Positions 36,091-49,215 of a stretch of DNA of 64,000 nucleotides are shown here, piece after piece. Position 1 is the first letter of the stretch, and each line of letters starts with the position of its first letter. Position numbers and translations under genes: made by a program. Source of the stretch: Chrysemys picta bellii (lineage: Eukaryota). The stretch is taken from the NCBI RefSeq assembly GCF_011386835.1, contig NC_088795.1, positions 33,418,001 to 33,482,000 of the forward strand, in the 5' to 3' direction. The notes below the pieces were generated by a model. It saw only the letters and a program-made list of their open reading frames with translations, was not told the origin of the DNA and ran no database searches.

Positions 36091-39000
36091 CTGAAATGTC
36101 TATTAACACCAAAACTATGGCTTAAGTTCTCAGGTAGGATGGATTCTGCCCAGCCCAAGACCTGGATGTGGGAGAAAGGTAGCTCTAGGGCCTTAGGGCT
36201 GCCCAAATTTGCTTTTGGCTGCCTGTAGACTCAAGAGGCCATTCTGGCAGCCAAGAACAGAAGGAGTTACATTGTGCTTTCTGGCCCTTGTCTCTTCATA
36301 CCCACTACACCAGGCACTGTGAAGGAAAGTGGTATAGAGCCATTGTAGCAGCTATATAACATGCAGGGAGTCCCCAGTGGCTGGACTGCCCCTTTGACGT
36401 TGATAAAAGCAGTGGCTGCGTAGCTCATCTGAAAACTAGGCCTTTTCTCTGCCTCAGTATCCAGGTTTATAAAACAGGTAATAACTTAAGGAAGGATAGT
36501 CTTATGAGGTATAACTTATAATGTGTGAAAGCATTTTCAGATTATCAATTAGAAAGTGCTATAGAAGTTACGGGCAAGATTGTTCCTTATTCGATATAGG
36601 CTACATGCCTTGTTTGTCTCAGCAGAGTGGGGTGAGCTGCCTTTATGGGGCTGCTGTTTCCCATTCTATACAGGTAGGTGAGGAGTGGGCAGAGGTTTGA
36701 TTTCACCTCAAAATGGGCCAGCTGGCACAGGTTTAGATCAGTAACAGTTCACTTCTGTCATGGAGCGACGATTCAGTCACCAACCCTCTTGTTCAAACGT
36801 TTGGTGCTTCTGTGACCTATAGAAACAAGGGCTATTGTTTGACTCTTGCGACAGAATCAGAGTTGTTAGAAAATAAAATTATGATGCATTGTCCACCTGA
36901 ATTAATATTTTTAACTGTGAAAAAGTGATTTCTAAAAGGCGTTAAAATTATTATTTCACCTTGTTGGATTTTTACTAGGCTCAATTTATAGTTTATAAAT
37001 ATGTGAGGTTGTTAATTCAGTTTGTAACTTGTCTGAACCCTGAAGCTTGTGTCAATGCTGTTATCTATTATAGAAATGCAAACATGCTCTTTGATGTGTT
37101 ATTCTGAGTGACTTGGGAGGATAAAGATGGAATACTCCGTGGATATGTATAAAAAGAATCCACAAATTGTAAGTCTACTAAGGCCCAATAATATGTTTCC
37201 ATTTATTTTTGTTCCTTTCTCATTACACTTGATGACAATAACTTTAATGGGAAAGAAATAGTTCATCTATCTACATTCACTTAGCAGAAAAGCCCAAGCC
37301 AGTTCTCCTGCTATGCTGACAGAGAATTTTCTCTTTCTATAGTAGAATGGTGCTGTTACTTTCAAACATTATTGTATTTATTTTAGAAGAGAAATTTAAT
37401 GCAAACTGTCACATAGGGCTGTTGGGCAGAAGTTTTTGCTATATGAGCACCTCGTGCTAGTCACATCAAGGATCAGCATCGACCTTGAATGACAATGGAA
37501 TCTTATGTATTTCTGGCTTGCAAGAGCCCCACAAATGGGAATGTAAAATAGTCAAAGTAGGATTTCCTGTAATTTAGGAGTAAAGGGATATAATCTGGAC
37601 TGGCCTTCCGTTAGACTGTGAATGCAGTCAGTAACTGCTGTGGGGATTACCAGAAAATACCAACATGTTAATGGAGTGTTGGTATTCGAGATTCAATGTA
37701 AGGGCCGGATTTAAATCCTCATCAGGCACAGCTGCAGCAGGAGCAATGTAGAATACTCTTTAACTCACCTTAACTTAGTCCTACAAGACCCATGTTAAAG
37801 TGTGTAGAGATCTGTATATGTTAATGTGTCTGTAAGAGCGTTTTTGGTCAGAAACAATATCTCAAACATTTCTGAAAGAGATTAAAACTTTCACTGGGAC
37901 TATTTTTTAAATCCCTCTGGAGGCTCTGCCTCTGAAGCCAGGCTCCCTTAGTACTATAAGTCCAAGTATAAGTACTGCACAGAATTGCAAGAAGACAATT
38001 ATAACTAATGTTTCTAAAACCTGTAAATATTACCTAAAACAGCCTTTTCAATCTATAACAATACAATTTAAGACTTGGAGTTTGAAAGGAGTTTATGTAA
38101 GTTAGGTACCCATGACCAGATCTTGCACTCAGGGAAGTAAATGGTACACTCACCACTGACTTAAATAGTGAAGGATCAAGTCTCTAACTCACTGCATTTT
38201 AGCAGGAGTTGGGTGTCTTGCTCCCAAATCCCAGCTGAAGTCTAACTTCTGGCCTCCTAGATCAAGAAACAAGTGTTGTGTCCCCCATTGAGAAGCTGGG
38301 AATCTAGAGCAAAGGTTAGGAGATATTGGATCTTAAGCTCATCGCTGGTGCAGCAATGAATATAACCTGTTCTGGGCCTCAGACCAGTGTAATTTTTCAA
38401 GGTCAGGAAGAATCCCACATTTAGACAACAGAAGGAAACATTTTTGTAGCTATTGCGATGTTTTGGTTTTATTTAGTGGTTGAGCAGCTTTCAGACAGCA
38501 AATGTTTGGGATGTTAAAAAGTAGGCTTGGCTGAGATAGATAAATGTGCCGAGTGTGGGGAGAAGTCATCAGAGGTGTATAATCCCATAGCTGCACATGC
38601 ATATCATCACCATGTATAAAGTCAATTAGATTTGTGCAGTGGTCTCCTATGCCAGCACAGAGCTGAATGGCAGATAATGGGGCTTAGCCACTATATCTAA
38701 GCAAGATACATGTGTGCATACACACTCAAGCAAGGTAATAGCAACTGTACATGACATAAACCAGTTTTACAATCAAAACTCCAGAACTTTGATTTCTAGC
38801 TCTGGTGTGGCTAAAAGAAGAAATATTCATATATCAAACAAGCAGTGCTGTTTTATTTGCCATTGCTTTCAGAGCAATGATAATTAAATATATTTTTGGT
38901 TAGTTCTATCATATTTACTGCACTAAGGTGATTTTACTGCACAAAATTGATTAACCTGTTTAATGAGTACATGAGTGACCAATACTGACCTCACATCAAA

Positions 39001-42000
39001 ATGTGCTATTGCTGCTGTGTGCTGACCTGAATTTTAATTTTTCACTTTAATTGAACCACAGATGTGCTAGAGAATACGCTAGGCATCTTAGATGGCAGTG
39101 TATATATTATAAAACATCAGATGCTAGCTTCAATAGATTAGACATCTAACACACTGCTTTACAGGTATCCTAAGTTTAAAAGAAATCTTTGACATTGTCT
39201 TAAAATAGGGAACACATTTAATTTATATACTAAAACTTATCTACATGCACTACTGTATACCCGAGGCTTTTGAATAAAGGTATATAAATAAATCAACAAT
39301 GAATAAATTAGGATTACAAGTGTGTGTGGGGTTCCCATAAGGCTTATACATTCAGTCCTCCGAGTCAAAAAAAGCTCCTACAGACAGATGTTTTTCCCTT
39401 CTTCAGTATCATCAGTGTGATACATCTGTTGCTTCAGCCAGTGGCTATGCCAGACTCAAGAGAAAACATGCTGCTCCTTAGATGATGATAACTGCGGGAA
39501 ATAAAATTTAAACATTCAAAGAGGTTCTGTGCTTTGCTTTTTATTGTAAAAAATATCTTTTTTGGATGCCCTCATAATGTCAAAGGGACCAACTCTACTC
39601 TCTCTGCCCCCATTCACCCATTTTTTGTTGGAGAAACATGCCTACAAATTTTCTTTCTCTATCCTTTGTTGTCTCTCCCTCCTCCCTCCCCCCCCCGCCC
39701 AATCGCATCTTAAAGGAAAAATGCAATGTCCTTGTAGGCTTTGTTCCTATGATGTTTGTGACAAGATTAAGCTAGAACCTAGTGGCTTGCTCAGGAGATG
39801 GGTGGGTTGTGCTACAAGGGAAAGACAAGAAACAAGGTTCATGTTTCATTAACACACTTTGAAACATACAAAGAGATTTAGGAACAAAACTCATTTCAAT
39901 GAGTTAGGGTTTGTGAACATAACTCCATAATGTATATATTGAGATGAGTCTATCATCCTTAACGCTGCCTGAAATGGGAGTGATTTGCTTTTCTTGCATT
40001 CTCTTGTGCCGGTAGTATATCTAGGCTGCCTCTAGCTTACCATTCACAGTGTTGCCTGTAGTCAAGGAAGATGTTTGACTTCATGTGGATTTGACTTTGT
40101 CTGGAGCAGAGAGGGTTGATTCAAAGACTTACGTCAAAATGGGCTTTCTGCACTTGGAAAGACTGTGGGGAGGGGCAGGAGGAGGGCAGCATGACAAAGT
40201 ATGGCAGACTGGAGGGAAGAGATCCTGGAGGCACACGTGCACTCAGTCTATTGGTGTCACTAGCTCAGCTCCGTTAGGTGACTAGTCTACAGAAACGGAG
40301 ATAACCCTCACCCCATCTTTTTTGTAAAACTAATGAACACTGGATCAGGCCCTGGAAACCAGTCTTCCAACTTTATTGATCACATACACATTATATGAAT
40401 ATTCACCCAGAATGCAGTCCTGTCCTGCATGCACTGGGCTTGATGTAAAACCTGGAATGGAGACTCCGGGGACAGTTTTTCATCCCCCTTTCCTGCCCCA
40501 AAAGTCCTAACCAGGAATCCCTAAGACATTTCTGGGGGGATGTATTTCTCAAGGGCAGAATTGTTTGATCAGCAGTAAGTGAGTTCATCAAGTTGATGTT
40601 GTTGTTTTGAAGCTTCCAAAGTGAATTGACCTGGGGGGAGGAGGGGAGAAACTCTCTCCCCCCGCCCCCCCCAGTGCTTCCGGACCAGAGTCCCGCTGTG
40701 GCAGAAGACTTTTCAACCTGTTGCAGCTGGTCCTGCAGCAGAGTTCCTACATGTGACAGTTTTGAAGAGTGTTGGATTTAGATATTTTATCTGGTATATT
40801 GGTGTTTTCTACCATTTAATAAGATTTGCATATTCAATTTAGCATGTGCTTGATGTTAAAACTGTGAGTAGCCCCACTGATGTCAATGGGATATGCTTTA
40901 AATCAAGCACCCTGTTGAGTATTTTGCTGTATTGAAACTTTAGTCACCACACTCATGTATGTAACAGACCCTTGCTTCTTTCTTATAGTAGAACACTCAC
41001 TTTTATGGAAATAATATTATAGCGGTTTTGTGTATTATGATGATCCTGTGCCTAGTCTAGCTGAATACATTTGCAGGGACAGAGGGTTAAAGAGTATGCA
41101 TACTAGACAGAGCTAATCACCATCATAGCCCTGTTAGAGTCACAAATAAAACATATTCTTTAGGCATGTGTATATGTGTACAATAGTGTCTTTTCATGTT
41201 TTAAATATTATCCCATATTTTTTCAGATCTCCTATATTTTATGTAGTTTGTAACAGAATGCTTGTGAAGGACAAATGTTTACCCAATACACCTTGGTGCC
41301 TCCAAAACTAAACATCTTGGAACACTCTTGCCAAAAAAGAGAAAAAAATTCTGCACCTCCTAAAATCAAGAAACTTGCCAAAATAAATTGATTCTTAAAA
41401 TAAAGAAACTAGTATTAAAATAAAATTAAAATGAGGGTATCCCAAGATTAAATCCTAAAACAAGAGTTAATGGGGAAGAAATTTCTTAAGCTACTAAAAT
41501 ATAACTTTAAGGTGTATATGTTAAAAAGATATACAAACTTATTTTACATTAAGACATGTAATTTCAAGAAAATAACCAGTTTAAAATTAAAATAATTTAT
41601 TATCTAGTAAAAATTATAACACAAGTGGAGGAAGGTTGGAGGTGAAATATTGGGTTTCCTTTGATAGGTAGCGTAATTATGAAGTGTGCTTTTGAAGTTC
41701 ATGAAGACAGCCTTAGGACAAAACATTTTTTAAAGTAAAAATTGGCTTGCACTCTGTTCGAGTGATTTATTTTACACTAAGAAATGGGTGTGAGACATGA
41801 TGTGATTTAAAATTTTATCCCTGGATGGAACTGCTTGAGGGTGAGATTTTTTTCTTTTCTTTTCTTTTCTTTTCAGTTTTGTTTTATTTTATTTTATTTT
41901 TTTTTGGCTGTTCGATCGCTAAAATTTTCTATCTCAAAGCAAATCTGCTGAAAATATTTAGGAAATAAAAAACTCAAGAGTGAGTAAACTTTCCCTTGCT

Positions 42001-42149
42001 ATCCAGGAAGCTACAATCTAGAGTCTAGAGAGAACCACCAGGCAGGCATACATTTTTCAGAGTATGACGTTCACCTTTTCTAATTTGTGCTGTCCACTGG
42101 ATAGTTCTCTTTGGAATAAACAAAAGCTACTTACATGAACTTGATCAAA

Positions 42150-43314
42150 GGTAACCAATGAATCTTGGGGTACCCAGAACTGAGAGCCACCTTGTTACCC
42201 CCTGCCTCGAGCGTGAGAGTTTCTGACTTGCAGTAGCTGGCTGTCAGCTCCCTGACATCACCAGCCTTTTTAGGCACTCAAATACTCTCTTCTGGGCTAT
42301 GCCAGCTCTAATTTCACCTTATAGGTTAACAGTAGGTGCAACCCAATCCTTGAGTTCCTTGGCAGTATTTCCCTGTGATAACCAGCCCCTGACGCTATCT
42401 AGTTGCAGAAATCCCAGATCCTCGGCACCCAAAAGATCAGTGTACCCAGTTTACCAGTTTGACTTTAGACCACTGCTCCTCTAAACCACACAGTGCTAGT
42501 GAGCACTTATAAGAAAACAAAAACAGGTTTATTTAAGAAAGAATAAAGATTTAACTAGAAACAAGAGAGGGTGCAGGAAACAAATGGTTGCAATACAAAC
42601 AAAATCCTAAAATGTAAGCCTGGGTCTACACTTATCAATTGTTACCTTTCCGATCTAATAAAGTAGATTTTTTCTCCCCCAAAATACAGTTTGATGCAGA
42701 GATAGCTGGTTGCTCAAGAACCAGGCTCCAAATGTTCATGAAAGCACCCCCTACCCTACAAGGGGTTTCCTTGATGAATGGATACAGGGTGCTTTTCCCC
42801 TCCTCCACGTTATACTGAAAACAGCCTTTTGTTTCTATTCACAGACAGGGTGAATGCCTGTCTTGTGGTAAAGTTCTTTTTTTTAACCTTTAAGTGGTTT
42901 TGATTATTTGTCATTGCCTGTGTTAGTTTCCCACTCGAAGTCTTAGTAGTGTGCAAGGCTAAACAATTGAACCTTGCATTGCATCCCTGGCTGAACAGAG
43001 TGTGGTGACAACTCCCCGTTGCCTCCAGGGGTCCTGACTGAGACACATTATCTTCTGGTGACTAATTTCTACTCCAAGTCCATAAAGCATACTTTCAGTA
43101 TAAATACATTATTCATTAAATATTACCCATATATATATCTTGCAATGGTTATGAATCTTGACAAGTTATAAGCTTTCTGTGGGTACCTTACACGTTCCCC
43201 TTTATGGATAAATAGCCAGTAAAATGTGTTTTTAAGGTGCAATGACTTTGTCTGCTCTGAGGTTAGAGTTGTTTGTCAAGAACAGGGCCCTTTTGCCAAA
43301 AGGTCTCTGTCACA
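42150..43314. mobile_element. Probable LTR-derived sequence (~1.15 kb); left boundary uncertain
   Basis: Ends in ...CTCTGTCACA and is compositionally like turtle LTRs; no matching left terminus or TSD found. Confidence 0.45.
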
Positions 43315-45938
43315 GAAACTTTTCTATTGATTTCAGTGGGTGCAGAAGCAGGCCTTTACTGAGTAAGATGTCATAGACATGCTTGCTTTACTAGTCTTTA
43401 CAAACAAGATGGGGGAGAGTCAAAGATATATGTGCTGGTAGTGGGCCTGTGTGGCAAGGATGGTGCTACAGGTCAAATTATGCCCTCAATGACATCTGTG
43501 CAACCTCAGTGCCTTCAAAGGGTTTGCACAGGTTTAATGGTTCTTTTAGACTATGTTGCTCACTCTTGTGACTTCATCACAAGTCTTGCAACAAGTTCTT
43601 AAAGCCCTAGCTACTGGAGTCAAGTGAATATTTGAAAATCTCTGCTTTTATTTATAAACAAACAAACAAACAAACCCCCCCAGTAAGTTTCTAGCCCTCA
43701 GGGTTGCAAAGAAACTTTTAAATATGACCAGAGTGCACCTTAAAGGCCCAGAAACTAGAAAGCAAAAAAGAACCATAAGTTTATTATTCTTTAAAAATCT
43801 CATGGGGTTTTTAAGATAACAGCATGATTGTTGGAGTCCTGCCTCATGACTTTTGAATTCTTGGGGGTTAGAAGCACTGCATATGTTCTGTTAATGCATA
43901 AAAAGGGACAGAATCCAACTTGCTCCCTCTTAGCTGCATCAGCTCTGCAGTGCCAACAGACTAAAACATAGTAAGATACGTTTAATCACTAACATGAGCA
44001 GATAAAACTGAATACACACAAGGAGCAGATCTGCTGGGTAAGAAGGTGCCACTTTTTCTTTGTCACCTTTCAGATTAGAAATCCCATTTAATCTAAAATA
44101 AATCACTCAAGCTGAAAGTCCATGGATTTTTGAGTGTGTGGAAAAAGCATAACAAGGGTTTTAACCAGACTCTCTATGAAACCAAGAAGGTTAAAAATAG
44201 CTGTGCAATCAAGAAGAGAATTCACCTATAAATGGGTGGCACCATTTACTCACACTTTCTACTATATTAAACAAAATCAAATGTTTCTTTTTTTCTTTTT
44301 TTTTCTTTTTACTGTTGCTGATCACCTTTTCTCTTGCATTGGGGAAATGTTTACGCTTTCCTATCATTGGACATCCCTCAACTACTTTTTTGGTCTCATT
44401 TGCTCATAAAAGATCTGTGTCAACAGCATGCCAGTTTCATTTTGATTGCAAACAATACATAAATGCAATACATAAACATTGCAAGCATATTTCTAACAGG
44501 GTGGAGGGAAGCAACTTTTCTGAGATAGAGCAGAAAGATTCTTGAGGGAAACTTATGACAATGGGGGCTTCAGACATAATACGTTTTATTTTCCGGTCTT
44601 TGGTAAGAAATACAACTACTCTAATTACTAGGCAATATTGCTGCCACTTGATCTGCTTTCAATCCTTGTTTGACAGTTATGTGCCCCATCTGAATTTTAT
44701 ACTACCTTATATATATGTTTTTGGTACAGTGGTTCTGGGAGATTCATCCCAATTTTGTTACAGATCAGCTACAAAGTGAATTGGGAAGTGTTGACTGGCC
44801 TTTAGAGCTGGGAACCATCGCTTATGGATTCCCATCTCCCGTGATGCACTATGGCCAGGGACCTCCTCCCCTCTCCAAAAGGGGAGAAAGTGATACATCA
44901 TGCGAGTTATAACCCCAACCCATAGGAGCATGGAGTACAAGGCACCCAATCTGTAATTCCCAGAAGGCACCACAGTGCCATTTTGAGTAGAAATATTTTA
45001 GGTTTGGGCTACAATATTTTGTTGACAATTTGAAATTTTCTGTAGAGCCCCTTCTCCAGTTTTCCAACCAGCTCTAATTCCTAGATCTGCTACTACCTTT
45101 GTAGGAGGGCCTTGTCCCAGTCTATATGAACAGTAGCACAGGGAGGTCTTCCTTTTTTTACAAATAGCTATATAATGCTTGGTGAGGCTTAATTTATTTA
45201 CTTTTTTTGTATTTGAAACTTTGGGGGCAAGGTTTATACCTTCTTTTGTGTTTGTGGGTGCTACTAGAAACTAGGGCATTATTATATTTTAAGAGCTTAA
45301 CATTTTGAGAATTGACAGAAAAATGTAGATTACTTTTTCCTGTACTAAACCACATTTTAACACACAACTTTAAAAGAGCAACACTACCTGTTATTTCCTA
45401 ATAGCACTATATCTTGGATGCAGTTTGAGGAATAAGGCCAAAGGTTGAATGTTTTCCACTGTCTGAGATATATGGCGATATCCTCAGAGCCTATCATGTC
45501 TTATTGCTGAATCAGTTCTTGAAACAAGCCTGGAAATCATAAGACTCAAACTATTATGAAGCTGGGAATCACATGGCTAATCTACAAAAACTTAAATGTA
45601 TGTAAAACAACGTGCAAATGACACCTGCTAATTGGAAATTGCAACAGATAAAAGAGGTTTGGCAGCTGAATCAGAAATGATTCAGAGTAAATGCTTACAC
45701 AGATTTAATAGCACAGAAATGATTCTACCATTTGAACAGAATTCAGCAGCATCCGGAGTGGGCAGAAGGAGTGGGCTACCTGGTCTAACAACAAGAACAA
45801 AATCTCACTAAGCAAACTTTCCTTTAGAGGGCTTTATTCTTTGACTCTCAGCTGCAAGAGTTAAAACAAAAGAGAGAAAGTTTCAATAAAAGCAGAAAAG
45901 CAAAGGAAGTAAGAGACTATATCCCAGGCTTCTAACTA

Positions 45939-46127
45939 TACCTCTACCCCGATATAACGCGACATGATATAACACAAATTCCGATATAACGTGGTAAAGC
46001 AGTGCTCCAGGGGGGCAGGGCTACGCACTCCGGCGGATCAAAGCAAGTTCGATATAACGTGGTTTCACCTATAACGCGGTAAGATTTTTTTGGCTCCCGA
46101 GGACAGTGTTATATCGAGGTAGAGGTG
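45939..46127. mobile_element. Tc1/mariner (Tigger-like) MITE, 189 bp
   Basis: TIRs TACCTCTACCCCGATATAAC / GTTATATCGAGGTAGAGGTG; TA on both sides (45937-45938 and 46128-46129); repeated internal GATATAAC. Confidence 0.85.
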
Positions 46128-46261
46128 TATTATGTGTGGGGCTTCAGAGCTGATTTTATAGGCCACAATTCAGCAATGCATTTAAGCATGTGCTTAATTG
46201 ACTTCACTAGGACTTAAGCATATACTCAAGTATTCTTTTGAGTCAAAGCCTCACAAAGGGA

Positions 46262-46500
46262 GAATGGCATCATGGATAATATACTAAACGGGGACTCAAG
46301 CAAACTAGGTTCAATGCCTGTCCCTGACTCCCTATGTAGCTGTGGACAAGTTACTTAACATCTCTGTGCCTCAATTTCACCATCTGTATAATAGGGATAA
46401 TACTTCTCTGCCCTCATGGAGGTGTAGTGAGGATAAATCCATGAATTCTGTGGAGGCACTCAGACACTATGATAATGGGTACCATATAAATACATGGAAA
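46262..46500 (+). mobile_element. MIR-like CORE-SINE remnant
   Basis: CORE-like GGACAAGTTACTTAACATCTCTGTGCCTCAATTTCACCATCTGTATAATAGGGATAATA. Confidence 0.6.
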
Positions 46501-48410
46501 TAGTAGGTAATCACTTTCCCTTGAGGGAATCACTGGGTCTACAGTCCCTGCTTTCTTTCTTCACCTTGCACACCTGTGGGATAGCTAAGCGGTGAGTTAA
46601 ATCTCTGTATGCTGGTATTCAGGCAGAGCTTGTGAAAGTTGAAAAAGTAGCTTGCTGCATGCCAGAAAGTGCAGTTCCTATCTTTGTTGAAAGCAAATGA
46701 AACCAAGGAAATCTGCTGCAGCCATCTTTGATATGGGAAGAGCACTGACTCCACTGATTAGAAGCACTTACCAGGGAACAGCTCATAAACTCAGCAGTAA
46801 CAAAAGTGCATAGAACTAAGGCGGAGATAGCAATAAACTAGATAAAAGTCTAAAAGAAACTATATAAAATCACAGGTAGAGAAAAGTAAGAGCAAAGAGT
46901 TAATGCAAATGCCCTGCTGCTTTTCCTTTTATCTTCATCACTGGCATTTAATATCCAGGAGGTAAGACAGTTGCTCAGCAATGGCAGAAATGGAAAAGTA
47001 CATTCAGGAATCTGTTCACTGCACTTTGAATTGGAAGTCTAAAATGACAGGGTTCCCACCTGCTACACTAGTTGCCTATTGCAAGGAGGTGAAAGACATT
47101 TGAGTTGCTGCCCAACAAAATATCTAGCAAAGATTAAGATCTCCTTGAAAGAAAAATCCCTTAATGTTCTGATTTTCCATTTATCTGTAAAAAGAAGGCG
47201 TTACATAAAATATTTATCTTCAGGCAAGAGAGACGAGAACCAGGGGAGACACTGACCTTAGGCCAGATTCTCTTAACAAGCACTCACATGTGAGTTTGTT
47301 GACTTGGGTCATGAGCAAGATGCAAATTGTGTAACATTGTTCATCAACCAGCCTTGACAGAATAGCTGATAGAGAACCAGAGCTTACGTTGCACAGACTG
47401 TTAGACACAGTTATAGAAATGACAGAGTTCTAGGCTGTGAGTGTGGAAAAGAATGTACAATGTGTGTGTATGCTGAAGACCTATAAGCAGCGCAAGCTTC
47501 AAGAAATGAGATTAATTTCCAAATCTTTAAAGAAGATGCAGTGGATCATATCCCCACCCAGAGGATACTTGACTTGCCTGGCACTTGGAATAAAATATTG
47601 TAAATGTGGCAAGACAAGAGCACTTCATAACACAATGCCAATCCCAGAGAACAGAATTCAAATGGAAGTCAGGAAAAGGGAGAGCCAGCGGCTATGGTCA
47701 AAGCAGACATACTGTCAATAAGCAATGATTCCAAGTTGATCAGGATGTGGCAATAAAGACTATACTGAATCCAGCCCTATCCTCTCCCTTCTAGATCCTG
47801 CTCTGTTTTTACCTGAGGCCCTGATTCAGCAAAACACTTAACAGATGCTTAAAGTTAAGAATGCTTTTAAAGTCCATTCCTATTCAGACAAGCATTTAAA
47901 GCTATTCCTAAAGTTAAGCATATGCTTATGTGTTTTGCAGAATCAGAGCCTGAGTTTCTCTCCAACAGGGTTGAGGAAGCTGGGTAGCAAGACAGAAGTA
48001 AAGAATAAAAACTCTTTAGCTCAACCAAAATGAACTTTAGATACAAAGATATGACAGCTTATTTTAGAAAATGTGATAAATATATTTAAGAGAACTGTCA
48101 AAATGTTTAATTAAACAACGGAGCCCCCTCCCCTTTTCCACCTTTCTGGATCTCTTTGGAGTGAGTTACTTGAATTCTCATGTCTATTTTTATTCTTTTT
48201 TGGGTATTCTTGACTCCTTAGGGTGCTGCTACTTAGATGAATAGTTAAAGCTGAGCAGAGATCAAATGGGGTGTGCACTCAATTTAAGTGAAGCTGTTGT
48301 AAAATTTTCAATTTGCTGCACAGAGTATCACAGACTCCAGTATTTTGCCATAGACTTAAGGGCCAGCCTGCCACAGACTACATGGGGGATTCATTGAGAG
48401 TCCCCAGAGA

Positions 48411-49215
48411 GGAAGACTGGCCAGTGGCTAGGGTGCTAGATTATGATTTGTCAGATGTGGGTTCTATTCCTTGCTCTGCCACTGACTTCCAGTATGAGCC
48501 TGGGCAAGTCACTTTGCCTCTCTGTGCCACAGTTCCCCAGGATAGTAGGATGAAGATAACAATAATGATTAGGGGTATGGAGCATCTGCCATATGAGGAG
48601 AGATTAATAAGACTGGGACTTTTCAGCTTGGAAAAAAGACAACTAAGGGGAGATATGATAAAGGTCTATAAAATCATGTCGGGTGTGGAGAAAATAAATA
48701 AGGCAGTGTTATTTACTCCTTCTCATAACACAAGAACTAGAGGTCACCCAATGAAATTAATAGGCAGCAGGTTTCAATCACACAGAAGGAAGTATTTTTT
48801 CACACAAGGAAGAGCCAACCTGTGGAACTCCTTGCCAGAGGATGTTGTGAAGGCCAAGACTATAACAGGATTAAAAAAGGAACTAGATAAATTCATGGAG
48901 AATACGTCCATCAATGGCTATTAGCCAGGATGGGCAGGGATTGTATCCCTAGCCTCTGTTTGCCAGAAGCTGGGAATGGGCGACAGGGGATGGATCACTT
49001 GATGATTACCTGTTCTGCTCATTCCCTCTGGGGCACCTGGCACTGGTCACTGTCGGTAGACAGGATACTGGGCTACATGGACCTTTGGTCTGCCCCAGTA
49101 TGGCCATTCTTATGTTCTTAATACTGCCCTACCTCACATGGGTGCTGTGAGGATAAACGCATTAATGATGTGAGGTGTTCAGCTACTGCAGCAACGGGGG
49201 CGTATAAGTACCTAA
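48411..49215 (+). mobile_element. MIR-like CORE-SINE split by the CR1 insertion below
   Basis: GGGCAAGTCACTTTGCCTCTCTGTGCCACAGTTCCCC before the CR1 and CTGCCCTACCTCACATGGGTGCTGTGAGGATAAA after it. Confidence 0.55.
48558..49120 (+). mobile_element. 5'-truncated CR1 LINE (ORF2 C-terminus plus 3' UTR)
   Basis: [37 protein letters not shown]...[26 protein letters not shown] is the CR1 ORF2 end; ends in CCATTCTTATGTTCTTA. Confidence 0.93.

Noticed and set aside
38850-39160. Motif-rich AT segments resembling conserved enhancers (also ~49490-49760 and ~57250-57480)
   Set aside because: Short TAAT, RUNX and E-box matches are expected by chance; conservation cannot be judged without a multi-species alignment.
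48313-48924. 203-aa ORF as a new gene
   Set aside because: Chance in-frame fusion of MIR-like sequence to the CR1 ORF2 C-terminus.
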